In this document: piece after piece, positions 8,696 through 17,334 of the stretch
Layout: each line of letters begins with the position of its first letter
Numbering within the stretch: the stretch's first letter is position 1
From: Candidatus Poribacteria bacterium
GTDB taxonomy: Bacteria; Poribacteria; WGA-4E; WGA-3G
Reading direction: 5' to 3'
Assembly (NCBI GenBank): GCA_965261115.1
Contig: OZ253447.1
Location: forward strand, 3,845,287-3,909,286
Length of the DNA: 64,000 nt
Notes under the pieces: generated by a model
Told to the model about the DNA's origin: nothing
Seen by the model: the letters and a program-made list of their open reading frames with translations, nothing else
The model's database searches: none
Translations under genes and position numbers: made by a program

Positions 8696-9113
8696 GGCAC
8701 TCGGTCGGAGTCGTGGCGGTTGGACGACGAAACTCCATGCTGCAGTGAGTGTGGACTTTCTCCCCTTGCGTTTTACTTTGACAGCGGGGCAGCGTCATGA
8801 TGTCACGCAAGCGTCTGCCTTGATAGCGGATTACAAGTCTGCCTATGTTATTGCGGATGCTTCCTATGACTCGAATGCGTTTCGGGCGGAGATAGCTGCC
8901 GGGGGTTCGGAGGCAGTTATCCGTCCGCGTAAGAGTCGTCTTGAAGATATTCCTTATGATAAAGATGTCTATAAACTTCGCAATGTGATAGAACGTTTTT
9001 TTCATCGCTTGAAACAATATCGTCGGGTTGCGACACGGTATGATAAATACGCCGTGCGATACCTCGGGTTCGTCTATTTCGCAGCCATACTTATCACTGC
9101 TAAAAAAATGTAA
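8622..9113 (+). CDS. IS5-family transposase, DDE catalytic part (OrfB)
   Basis: GRSRGGWTTKLHAAV, VIADASYDSN and YKLRNVIERFFHRLKQYRRVATRYDK are the DDE_Tnp_1 hallmarks. Homology begins right after the A9 run. OrfB is in the +1 frame relative to OrfA. Confidence 0.75.
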   Translation: MIRRLCVLILLQRVPRKKNGGQVNEALGRSRGGWTTKLHAAVSVDFLPLRFTLTAGQRHDVTQASALIADYKSAYVIADASYDSNAFRAEIAAGGSEAVIRPRKSRLEDIPYDKDVYKLRNVIERFFHRLKQYRRVATRYDKYAVRYLGFVYFAAILITAKKM

Positions 9114-9139
9114 ACACTACCTAATCTATCCAGCCCTGT

Positions 9140-10555
9140 TTAGCGAGAACCGGATCTTCTCTCTGTCGAGGTAGTGCAGAGTTCGCATATTAGTTGCTCC
9201 AAAATGGATGTGGCATCTGATTTACTGGTTTTCAATTGGGTGTCTACCTCTAAGGTTTTCTCAAGCGCAGCGACTAATTCTTCGACTGTGAAAGCGTTGA
9301 GCGACTGAAAAGTTTTGTAGGCGACATAAGGGTTCTGTTTTAGGATATTGTCGGTCGTTGAGTTAGGTAGAAGTCCCCTTATTTCTTCAGCAAGCGGTTG
9401 GAAAATGTTCGTTGTAAAATCCCGAAGCGGCATCCGGCTTCGGAAGGTTCGAAGCCCCTGTCTTTCAGCGATTAACTTCGCTTGCAGGGCGAATCGGAAT
9501 TGCCTTACGATCATCACAATCACGTAGATCGGTTCTTCGCCGCTTGCTAACACCTCATGAAGCCCTTTCAATGCTTGTCCGATTGAGCGTTTTCCGATCG
9601 CATCCGTGAGATCAAAAATGCCATCGAACGTATTCTGTGCTACCATATTCCGAACATCTTGCTCGTCAACTTGGCGTTTATCGCCAACAAAATTGACAAT
9701 TTTATTGATGGCTTCAGCGACAGTGTGCATATCGCCGCCGGTTCGTTCCCGAAGTAGAGAGAACGCACGCGGTGTTATCTGCTTACCGTATTCAGTGAAT
9801 TTGTCCGAAACCTTTTTATATAATGGATCTCGGTTCAGCGACTGCCCTGCTTCCAAGGGATCGAAAGATCGGTAGCGTCCGACAGTTTCAATCGCTTTAA
9901 CAACACGGCTCCGCTCGTTTACAGTCCCTCGCACAGTAAATATCAGGACGCTACTTTTTGGAAGATCGCCTTGAAGCCATTCAAGTAGTAAGGTTGTGTC
10001 GTCAGTATCATCAACTGCTGCAGTGTATGTATCCAGTTGTTGGGCGATTTGCGGTGAACGTTCCAGAAAACCTCGCTCCTCATCGGTCAGTTTCGCACCC
10101 AACTCATCCATAAGCGCATTCACCGCATTTGTGAAGTCAAAATGATTTTCGGCAATCTGCTCAACACCAACCTCTAACAGTTTTGCCAATGTAGAGATAG
10201 ATTTCTGTGGATCTGTAATTTCAATTTTGAACGCATTTCGGATGATTGTTATCGGTGTTGTACGTTGCTGCGTTTTAAAGAACGGGGCATCTCGGACAAC
10301 CACGACCCGCCATTTTGACATGACGGGGTAGAGATCAACCTGACTCAAAATTTCTCGAATTGTTATATTAGTATCTTCTAAAAATGTGAGGTTGAAATCA
10401 CGGGTCTCAGGTGTAAGCAGGTGGTCGAGCATCTGTTTGAGCGTCCCTTCAATGAGAAAATTTTCCTCACCACAGAGCAGGTACACGGGCAAGACTTTAT
10501 CCTTTTGGATTTCTCGGAGAATATTTGGTGGTGGATTTGCAGGTTTTTGCTTCAT
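9140..10555 (-). CDS. holA: DNA polymerase III delta subunit-like (HolA) with internal insertion
   Basis: VLPVYLLCGEENFLIEGTLKQMLDHLL...FNLTFLED...DLYPVMSKWRVVVVRDAPFF matches the HolA N-domain. The C-terminal domains look HolA-like. The probable start is MKQKPANPP (10555). The protein is about 110 aa longer than typical HolA. Confidence 0.65.
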   Translation of the reverse strand: MKQKPANPPPNILREIQKDKVLPVYLLCGEENFLIEGTLKQMLDHLLTPETRDFNLTFLEDTNITIREILSQVDLYPVMSKWRVVVVRDAPFFKTQQRTTPITIIRNAFKIEITDPQKSISTLAKLLEVGVEQIAENHFDFTNAVNALMDELGAKLTDEERGFLERSPQIAQQLDTYTAAVDDTDDTTLLLEWLQGDLPKSSVLIFTVRGTVNERSRVVKAIETVGRYRSFDPLEAGQSLNRDPLYKKVSDKFTEYGKQITPRAFSLLRERTGGDMHTVAEAINKIVNFVGDKRQVDEQDVRNMVAQNTFDGIFDLTDAIGKRSIGQALKGLHEVLASGEEPIYVIVMIVRQFRFALQAKLIAERQGLRTFRSRMPLRDFTTNIFQPLAEEIRGLLPNSTTDNILKQNPYVAYKTFQSLNAFTVEELVAALEKTLEVDTQLKTSKSDATSILEQLICELCTTSTERRSGSR

Positions 10556-10767
10556 CAAAATTCCTTTAGGTATAGTTCGGCTATGGTGCAAAGCACAGAG
10601 ACCCCTAAACTGACGCATATAATGCGCTTACAAAGCACCCTACCTGTAGGCGTTAAAGTAAGGGTAAAACTCAGAAATAGAACGATCCTATTGTAATTAG
10701 TTTTTTACAGGTCAAATTGTTGGGACTGGAGATATAATTAGGACAAACTGCCCGCAGTTGGGATCGC

Positions 10768-10950
10768 TCAGGTGGCGTTATCGCTGGCGGTCTCCTTTTG
10801 AGTTCCGGCGGTAGCGAACGCGGAGAAGCGTTTCTTAGTGTCCTGTGCACCACAACTTGGGCATTTTGGGAGTTCGTTGGTATCACGTGTCCGCTGAAGT
10901 ACTTCAAAATCAGTAGCACATTCATCGCAATGATATTCAAATATTGGCAT
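10768..10950 (-). CDS. FmdB-family zinc-ribbon protein
   Basis: MPIFEYHCDECATDFEVLQ....LPKCPSCGA is the CxxC-x(n)-CxxC 'FmdB/CxxC_CxxC_SSSS' signature. Confidence 0.8.
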   Translation of the reverse strand: MPIFEYHCDECATDFEVLQRTRDTNELPKCPSCGAQDTKKRFSAFATAGTQKETASDNAT

Positions 10951-10960
10951 CGTTTTTCCT

Positions 10961-13408
10961 CTAAGCCGTGACGGGCCGAATGATTAACTTTACCTTTGTC
11001 CCTTTTGGCGGAATCACATCGGTATTAACGCGGTAGGTTCTGTCATCTGTGCCAGTGGGTAAAGGGTGATTGAATAAGGAGTCCGGGTCGCGATAGACGG
11101 CAACGATGTTATGGAAAAGTTGCGTCGTAAATTGACCGTTTTTGTATCGTCCACCTGTGAAGATCCATTTTGTATCTTGCATCGGTTGGTCTGTAAAGGC
11201 GTTCCATAGCAGCTCGCGAGCCGGCCGCGAAACTACCTCCTCACCTTGTTGCCACTCTACCCAGATTTCGACAGGTGAGCCTATTGGCATTCTCGGATCG
11301 CCTTCGACCTCAAGATTCATGCCCGCCTCTAAATCTAAAGTCCCGAGTGCTGCAAATATATAAACCGGTTCTGCGTCAACGATCAAAATGCTTTCATGTG
11401 TTTTGCCGAGTTTACCACACGCGAAGAATTCTATATTCGCATCTCCACCCACAATGTTAATTTCCCCCGGCACACTTACTTCGCGTTTATTGGTATCGAA
11501 AACAACGTTGCCGAGTTGATAAACATTTTCACTCAACTGCGTCGGTTTCGCCAACTGGACATCCGTCGCCGCGGTGGATTTTGGATGGATTATAAGTTTT
11601 TCTGAAGCCGTATTGTCGGTTTCGTCTGTATCGGTTAGGTCTACACGCGCCACAAGTTCTATTTCACCTTCCATCGTAGGTGCCCAGTCAGCTGAGACGA
11701 CAGTCTCTCCAAGTTTCGGTGTCCAAAGTACTTCGGCAGTGGTAGCCTGCTCACCATTCACGTGAAAATGGACGTTGAGAATCCCGTCAAAAGGCGTTCC
11801 CGTATTCCGAAGGGTCGCGCTGAGCCGAACCACCTCACCGACGCGCGGCGCAGGCGGTGAAAACCGAAGACTTCGTGGGACAATCCCGATATTCGGTTCC
11901 GTTGGACCGGCGAGCGCGTGGCTTAAGGACATCACAGCGAAACATGTTGCCAAAAAATCGCTCTCAGATCCACGCCATCTTCCGTCACCTTCTTGTCGCT
12001 CCACCATCATCTGTGAAATCTCATCGTACCAATCATAGCCAGCAAACGTGTCTACAGTTGGTGGAATATCGCAGAACCGTTGCAGTGAAAGTAAATAGTA
12101 ATAGAGCCATGAGTTAGAACCTGGATTTCGGGTTAAAGTCCAGTGCTTTTTCACCCATGCCATGCCTTTCTGGACCTGTGGATCCTCGACTGGAACCCCA
12201 CATGCGCGAAGTGCCCACAACCCGGTTGCGGTCATACTACCGTAGACACCGATCGCCCAGGGTGAACCGTCGTCGACCAAATTATAGAGCCATCCGCCTG
12301 TTTCGGTTTGGTTTCGGCGAATCCACTTCTCAGCGCGTGTCCAAACGTCTTGCGGGATATCAAGTCCCCACTGCTTCGCAGCATAGAGCGCGTAGATAAC
12401 CATGTTCATGTGTGCACCATCAGCAGTGTAACCGTAGCCCCAACCGCCGTCATCTCTCGGATCCGTGTAATCACTACCACTGATAGGGAGTTGCTTTTTG
12501 ATTAATTGATTCACAGCAAATTGGGCGCGTTCCCGATGTGCTTCGTCTTGCGTCGCTACCAGAACTGGAATAATAACTGCATATTGGTAAACTGCGAATT
12601 CATTCCAATCCTGTTCGATCAGGAATTCTAAGCCTCTCTTAACGGATGGATGCGAAGTTGAGTGTCCTGTTGCGAGCAAGGCTTGCAATGCGAGTGCTGT
12701 CTCTTGTGTCTGATCTTCACCGAAATTCCACACAGCATCCGGCTCGAAATTTTCAGCGAGCCCTTTCAGACTCGCCTGACAGGTAATGCAGATTAAAATG
12801 AGTTGGTTTTCGGTGCCACATTGCAAACAGGTGCGACTGTGTTTACCCTGCTGTGCTTCTATCCAAGCGATCCCTTTCGTTATAGAGTTCTGAATCTCTT
12901 CGGACGTAACAGACGGAAAAGTCAGTGCTTGTGCGACAACTGTTGCATGGGTAACGTTATTCCCTGCATCCGCTTCCTTAATATGCTTATCTCCTGCGGG
13001 GTTAACAACGGCGTAAAGTTCCGTTTTACCGGGCGGCGGTTGCCATTGCGCTTTTATCCTATCGGCCTGTTTCGACTTCAGTTCCAAGATCACATCCTTA
13101 CAGACGATTTGGAGGGGTTGCGTCGCGGGATCTCCTTCGTAAAGCTCAACGACGAGATCTTCGTTCATCGTCGGGGTAGCATCCCCGATGTTCTTCACCT
13201 CAACCCAAATGGTAATCTCTTCGCCTTCAACCGGAGTCGGGTTGGAAAAGGTAATACTATTAGCATCAACACGGAAATCTGGAAGCTGCGCGAATCCACT
13301 CGTGGTACACAATCCAACAATATAAATCCCGATTGCGAATTTTAACAGGAATCTTTGGAAGCCTGAATGCTTTACCAAAAGGTGAGACCTAACCATAATA
13401 CACCTCAT
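10961..13408 (-). CDS. secreted multidomain protein (CARDB-like + prenyltransferase/terpene-cyclase-like alpha-toroid repeats)
   Basis: A signal-like N-terminus is followed by CARDB-like segments (PVEGEEITIWVEVKNIGD; RVGEVVRLSATLRNTG). The central region has GGWGYGY / TGGWLY repeats typical of prenyltransferase/squalene-cyclase-type repeats. The C-terminal domain is unassigned. Confidence 0.5.
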   Translation of the reverse strand: MRCIMVRSHLLVKHSGFQRFLLKFAIGIYIVGLCTTSGFAQLPDFRVDANSITFSNPTPVEGEEITIWVEVKNIGDATPTMNEDLVVELYEGDPATQPLQIVCKDVILELKSKQADRIKAQWQPPPGKTELYAVVNPAGDKHIKEADAGNNVTHATVVAQALTFPSVTSEEIQNSITKGIAWIEAQQGKHSRTCLQCGTENQLILICITCQASLKGLAENFEPDAVWNFGEDQTQETALALQALLATGHSTSHPSVKRGLEFLIEQDWNEFAVYQYAVIIPVLVATQDEAHRERAQFAVNQLIKKQLPISGSDYTDPRDDGGWGYGYTADGAHMNMVIYALYAAKQWGLDIPQDVWTRAEKWIRRNQTETGGWLYNLVDDGSPWAIGVYGSMTATGLWALRACGVPVEDPQVQKGMAWVKKHWTLTRNPGSNSWLYYYLLSLQRFCDIPPTVDTFAGYDWYDEISQMMVERQEGDGRWRGSESDFLATCFAVMSLSHALAGPTEPNIGIVPRSLRFSPPAPRVGEVVRLSATLRNTGTPFDGILNVHFHVNGEQATTAEVLWTPKLGETVVSADWAPTMEGEIELVARVDLTDTDETDNTASEKLIIHPKSTAATDVQLAKPTQLSENVYQLGNVVFDTNKREVSVPGEINIVGGDANIEFFACGKLGKTHESILIVDAEPVYIFAALGTLDLEAGMNLEVEGDPRMPIGSPVEIWVEWQQGEEVVSRPARELLWNAFTDQPMQDTKWIFTGGRYKNGQFTTQLFHNIVAVYRDPDSLFNHPLPTGTDDRTYRVNTDVIPPKGTKVKLIIRPVTA

Positions 13409-13495
13409 TTAGCTTTATCAGTGAAGTTGTAATCATGCCCGCGAGTGGCTCCATAGATAGACGAACGTAGGGACGCAACCCGTGACGGTTCAGGA

Positions 13496-14464
13496 TTAGT
13501 TTCCTTCCCAAAATCCGGCCGAAACAGAGGAAGGCTGCGGAATCGGGTTTGCGAAGAGTTTCGTTCCATTTGTAGAGAACTTGCTGACTTCGCCTGTGAA
13601 CGTTGCCCCGAGCATGTCCGCGACCCAAATACCGTTATCTGCGGGTGAGAGACTTATTCCGACAACAGCCATACCGGCGGCGAATTCACTCATCTGCGTC
13701 CCGTCTGCTGATAAGTTTACCAACATTGACTGCGATGAAACTACCCAGACACTGCCATCCTTAGGATTGATACGCGGCGAAGTCGGACTGGGGATAGTGG
13801 TAATTTTTACCAGTTCTTGACCGGTTGCTGAAACTCGAAGGAGTGTACTGAATTGACTATCAGCGACCCATGCATTTCCTTCATAGTCAACGGCTACACC
13901 TGCCTTCGGTTCTCGCATTGTTGGACCGGTTGCAATCAGAGTGCCATTGGCATCGTAACGATTAATGGGACCGCGTGCATCCGTTACCCAGCAACTGCCA
14001 TCCTTCGGGTTCACAGCGACATTGAATCGACCTGTTTCCACGTTGGGCTGCTCTGGGTTATAATCTGCTGGAAATACCTGTGTGAGAATTTGTTTCCCGT
14101 CGCTTGAGAACTTTGACACCCCGTTTAGCCATGCCACCCAGACGGTGCCGTCTGCTGGATTCACAGCGATCATGTTTGGACGTTCGATCGCGGGTGCTTG
14201 TGTAAATTCGCCTGTTGACTGATCAAACCTGAAAACAGCGTTCGCTGCAGAAATGGCGATCCAAGCGACACCGTTTGCAGGATTGACCTCTGCAGCACTC
14301 GCTTGCGTTAAATCTGGAATCACCGTCGGGTCGGCATTGCCATTTGCATGTAATTTGTAAACTGTATCCCCACCACTCACAACCCAACATTCACCGTTAT
14401 ATTGTCCGTAACTGGTAGCAACGCACATCACAAACAGTGCTGCTACCCAAAACACTTTTTTCAT
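13496..14464 (-). CDS. secreted beta-propeller repeat protein
   Basis: A signal peptide (MKKVFWVAALFVMCVATSYG) precedes about 6-7 repeats ending in DG(T/S)(V/C)WV.., GNAWVAD, NGIWVAD. These are NHL/Vgb-like blades. Confidence 0.55.
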   Translation of the reverse strand: MKKVFWVAALFVMCVATSYGQYNGECWVVSGGDTVYKLHANGNADPTVIPDLTQASAAEVNPANGVAWIAISAANAVFRFDQSTGEFTQAPAIERPNMIAVNPADGTVWVAWLNGVSKFSSDGKQILTQVFPADYNPEQPNVETGRFNVAVNPKDGSCWVTDARGPINRYDANGTLIATGPTMREPKAGVAVDYEGNAWVADSQFSTLLRVSATGQELVKITTIPSPTSPRINPKDGSVWVVSSQSMLVNLSADGTQMSEFAAGMAVVGISLSPADNGIWVADMLGATFTGEVSKFSTNGTKLFANPIPQPSSVSAGFWEGN

Positions 14465-14702
14465 AGGAAATATCTCCTGTTTTGCCCTATATGTTTGACT
14501 AACTTAAAGCCTATGGAATGGAATCCATGTTTTAAATGGTAGCATTTTTCTGTGTAATTTTCAAGGAATTTTGCATATCCACGCGGTACCTATAACACAC
14601 CTAAAGATTATAAGACACGCTTTGCTTATTTCATAGCAAATTTCGTGCCGACTTGAACAATATCACACTGATAGGATACTTCATACAATATCCATAAAAT
14701 GC

Positions 14703-14752
14703 TGCACAAAATAGGGCAGATTTTAGCGCGAAATTGCACGAAATGGGGCAGA
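14703..14752. repeat. 18-nt direct repeat pair in a long non-coding region
   Basis: TGCACAAAATAGGGCAGA (14703-14720) and TGCACGAAATGGGGCAGA (14735-14752) match at 16/18 positions. Start-to-start spacing is 32 bp. Confidence 0.6.
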
Positions 14753-15031
14753 ACCTAAATAAGGGGTGCCGAAGAACGGATCAGTCCGGTGTTAATGACG
14801 GCTACCGCTGCTCGTCTTGCCGGTTTTGTATTACATCGTCGAATTAAGTTGGGTAGCGAGTTTTCAACGTAGAAGTGAAAATCGTAAATTATGTGATACT
14901 TCGTAAACTTTTTTGCAGTGCTGAACGTTTACGTTTTTAGGCAGTCAAATTCACATTGTAAAACTTAGGATTTTGACTTTTTCTAAAATTATGCACCCTT
15001 TTTATTGCGAGATCGCGTCATTAATGGTTAC

Positions 15032-15121
15032 AGGACTTACACAAAATTAGTACGTATACTGAGGCATCACAGGCGAAGTTTGAAACCTTGACAGCAAATG
15101 TAGCGGGTTTGCGTAAGTGCT
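15032..15121. mobile_element. degenerate copy of the 91-bp MITE-like element seen at 44801-44891
   Basis: Ends AGGACTTACACA / TGCGTAAGTGCT are imperfect inverted repeats (10/12). They match the TIRs of the 44.8-kb element. Internal ACGTAT...CAGGCG..GTTT.AAACC blocks align. The copy is 90 bp with no clear TSD. Confidence 0.45.
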
Positions 15122-15212
15122 AACAGGTTAGATAGGGAGTCTGAAAGTGAAAAGGTATCTCATGCCGATCTATGTTGCTCTTTTTTTAGATTGAATTGCT
15201 CCAGTGATTTTT

Positions 15213-15243
15213 TTGCAACTTTTTTTAGTGAATGGTGTATAAT
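15213..15243 (+). promoter_or_regulatory. candidate sigma70-type promoter for 15281 gene
   Basis: TATAAT at 15238-15243 with TTGCAA at 15213-15218. The 19-nt spacer is suboptimal. It lies about 40 nt upstream of the SD GGGAGGAG. Confidence 0.35.
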
Positions 15244-15280
15244 GGAACAAGAAACGTAAACCTACAGATTAAGGGAGGAG

Positions 15281-16027
15281 ATGAAGAAAATGAAACGTGC
15301 ACATTTCTATTGGCTCACTTTTCTGGTGGTCCTTCTACTTGTCGGAATCAGCATGGTGAGCATGGCTGAAGAACCTGTCGTCTTGAGAATAGAGATTTCC
15401 GATGTTGTGAGCAATGCCGATGCGTTGCAGATTCGACGATTGTTGAAACCGTGGGCAGATCCAAAGGATATTACGTTCAGCACACCTGTTGACAAGCACG
15501 GTAGGAAGCGACTTTTCACCACCGTTGTGGAAGTCAAGCCGAGACATGGCGTTAATGAATATAGTGAGACGCATACGTTTGATGTCTATGACATCATGAA
15601 ACAGCTTAATGATTCGCGCTTTCGGGGTCGCCACGGGATCGGGGGTGCTCGTGTCCTCAAAACTGAGGCGACTATTCGCGGTCACATGTTTGCACATCCG
15701 GGTTTCTCGCGGAGTTATATCCGAAACGTTCCGTCGTGGCGACGCTGGCGACCTGACACCTCTAATATCCAGCATGCATTCACCACAGGGAATCCGGGAC
15801 AGAAATTCGTTTTCGATGCGAATCCTGAATTCGATCAACTTCGGACAGATGCCGGAAATAGCGGTAAACCGGTTGAAATCCAAGGTGTCGTCACTGGATT
15901 TGATGGTCCCTATCCGATTATATCGGTACGTAAGTCTGAGGTGGGCTACCATCTCAGGAACAATGCATCTGAAGAAGAAGAGGAAACCAAGGAAAAGCCG
16001 ACTTACGACTATCTTGAAGATCGGTAG
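15281..16027 (+). CDS. hypothetical exported protein
   Basis: N-terminal TM/signal segment (FYWLTFLVVLLLVGISMVSMA) and an acidic C-terminal tail. No recognisable catalytic motif. The start may be the second ATG at 15290, which has better SD spacing. Confidence 0.5.
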   Translation: MKKMKRAHFYWLTFLVVLLLVGISMVSMAEEPVVLRIEISDVVSNADALQIRRLLKPWADPKDITFSTPVDKHGRKRLFTTVVEVKPRHGVNEYSETHTFDVYDIMKQLNDSRFRGRHGIGGARVLKTEATIRGHMFAHPGFSRSYIRNVPSWRRWRPDTSNIQHAFTTGNPGQKFVFDANPEFDQLRTDAGNSGKPVEIQGVVTGFDGPYPIISVRKSEVGYHLRNNASEEEEETKEKPTYDYLEDR

Positions 16028-16037
16028 TGATTACGCT

Positions 16038-17279
16038 TTATGCTTGATAGCCACCCGTATTGAATAGGACAACACGCTCGGAAGGTTCAATCATTCCGTT
16101 GGCAAGGAGTTGTTTGAGTGCAGCGACGGTCGCTGCACCTTCGGGACAGGTCAAAAGTCCTTCGGTTGTCGGGAGTAGTTGCATTGCCTCACGGATGGCA
16201 TCATCTGAAACGGCAATCGCGGCACCGTTGCTTTTACGGATCGCCTCTAAAATAAGGAAATCGCCGATCGCTTGTGGCACGCGTAGACCGCTCGCAACGG
16301 TATGCGCGTCCTGCCACGGGGTCGCTTCAGTTGCCCCTTCCTCCCACGCCTTAACAATCGGTGCACAGCCTGTCGATTGTACTGAGATAAAGCGTGGTCT
16401 TTTTTTTCCGATCCATCCGATCGCTTCTAATTCCGCAAAGCCTTTCCACATCCCAACAATCCCGGTGCCGCCACCGGTTGGATAGATGATAACATCGGGG
16501 AGTTCCCAACCGAATTGCTCTGCAAGTTCAAAACCCATCGTCTTTTTGCCTTCCACTCGGTACGGCTCTTTGAGGGTTGACACGTCAAACCACCCTTCCC
16601 GCGCCTTACGTTCCGCGACAATTCTGCCAGCATCGTTGATAAGGCCATCAATCAGCGTAACGTTCGCGCCTGCGAGTTGACAGGTCTCTTTATTGAAAGC
16701 GGGTGTGTCTTGTGGCATAAAGATGTGTGCGGTGATGCCTGCGGCGGCGGCATAAACCGAGAGTGCTGTCGCAGCGTTGCCAGCGGACGGGATTGCTAAC
16801 TGTGTCAATCCGAGAGACTTCGCCTTGGATACCGCCATCGCTAAACCGCGTGCCTTGAAACTGCCAGTAGGGAGTCGCGATTCATCTTTTACCCATATCT
16901 CTGAAAGCCCAAACTTCGCACCTAACCTTTTCGTCCGGATGAGCGGTGTCATTGTCTCTCCGAGCGTCACTATGTCCGTAGGATCGGATATAGGAAGGAG
17001 TTCACTATAACGCCAGAGCGATGCGGGTCTTGATAGCAGCGTATCGCGTGTCCATGTCTCTGATAGTTGTTCAAGGGCGTAACGGGCAAGCAGCGGTTTC
17101 CCGCAAGTGTTACAGACGTTCTGAGGTTCTGCGTGTGGATAGGTTTCGCCACACTTGCTGCATTCAAGTCTTTCTAATTTTCCTTGCGGTTCGGTGGAGC
17201 GAATTGGGGGTTTTATGCCTCTTTTCGCAGACTCGCCCGGCGCGATGCTTGGGCTTACGCTCTTTGGAGAAGAATGCAC
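16038..17279 (-). CDS. thrC: threonine synthase with N-terminal zinc ribbon
   Basis: CSKCG...CNTCG zinc ribbon, PLP-lysine motif SFKARG, and the glycine loop PTGGGTGIVG. The GTG start gives a ~35-aa N-terminal extension that contains dispersed motif copy A. Confidence 0.85.
   Translation of the reverse strand: MHSSPKSVSPSIAPGESAKRGIKPPIRSTEPQGKLERLECSKCGETYPHAEPQNVCNTCGKPLLARYALEQLSETWTRDTLLSRPASLWRYSELLPISDPTDIVTLGETMTPLIRTKRLGAKFGLSEIWVKDESRLPTGSFKARGLAMAVSKAKSLGLTQLAIPSAGNAATALSVYAAAAGITAHIFMPQDTPAFNKETCQLAGANVTLIDGLINDAGRIVAERKAREGWFDVSTLKEPYRVEGKKTMGFELAEQFGWELPDVIIYPTGGGTGIVGMWKGFAELEAIGWIGKKRPRFISVQSTGCAPIVKAWEEGATEATPWQDAHTVASGLRVPQAIGDFLILEAIRKSNGAAIAVSDDAIREAMQLLPTTEGLLTCPEGAATVAALKQLLANGMIEPSERVVLFNTGGYQA
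17169..17195 (+). repeat. dispersed motif copy A (TCTTTCTAATTTTCCTTGCGGTTCGGT)
   Basis: Contains the 14-nt core CCTTGCGGTTCGGT, which is identical in five copies in this window. This copy is antisense within the 5' end of thrC. Confidence 0.8.
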
Positions 17280-17334
17280 AGGAGGTTCCTTTGATAAAGT
17301 TTTATCTAATATCCGCCAAAATTCTGTATTTGAA

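Larger units (their letters stand above)
8252..9123 (+). mobile_element. IS5-family (IS427-group-like) insertion sequence
   Basis: 16-bp perfect terminal inverted repeats: TAGGTAGTGTTTACAT (8252-8267) and ATGTAAACACTACCTA (9108-9123). These can also be read as 14-bp IRs flanked by a TA duplication. They enclose two overlapping transposase ORFs. Confidence 0.85.

Noticed and set aside
8352-9017. 221-aa ORF antisense to the IS transposase
   Set aside because: The plus-strand ORFs carry the IS5-family DDE motifs. The antisense product has no recognisable features.
14465-15280. tmRNA, RNase P RNA, SRP RNA, a tRNA or a riboswitch in the long spacer
   Set aside because: I could not find the hallmark sequences: tRNA-like GGTTCGA.TCC T-arms, the tmRNA 5'/3' ends, RNase P AGGAAAGTCC-type boxes or SRP GGAA tetraloop context. 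This cannot be excluded without covariance-model scans.
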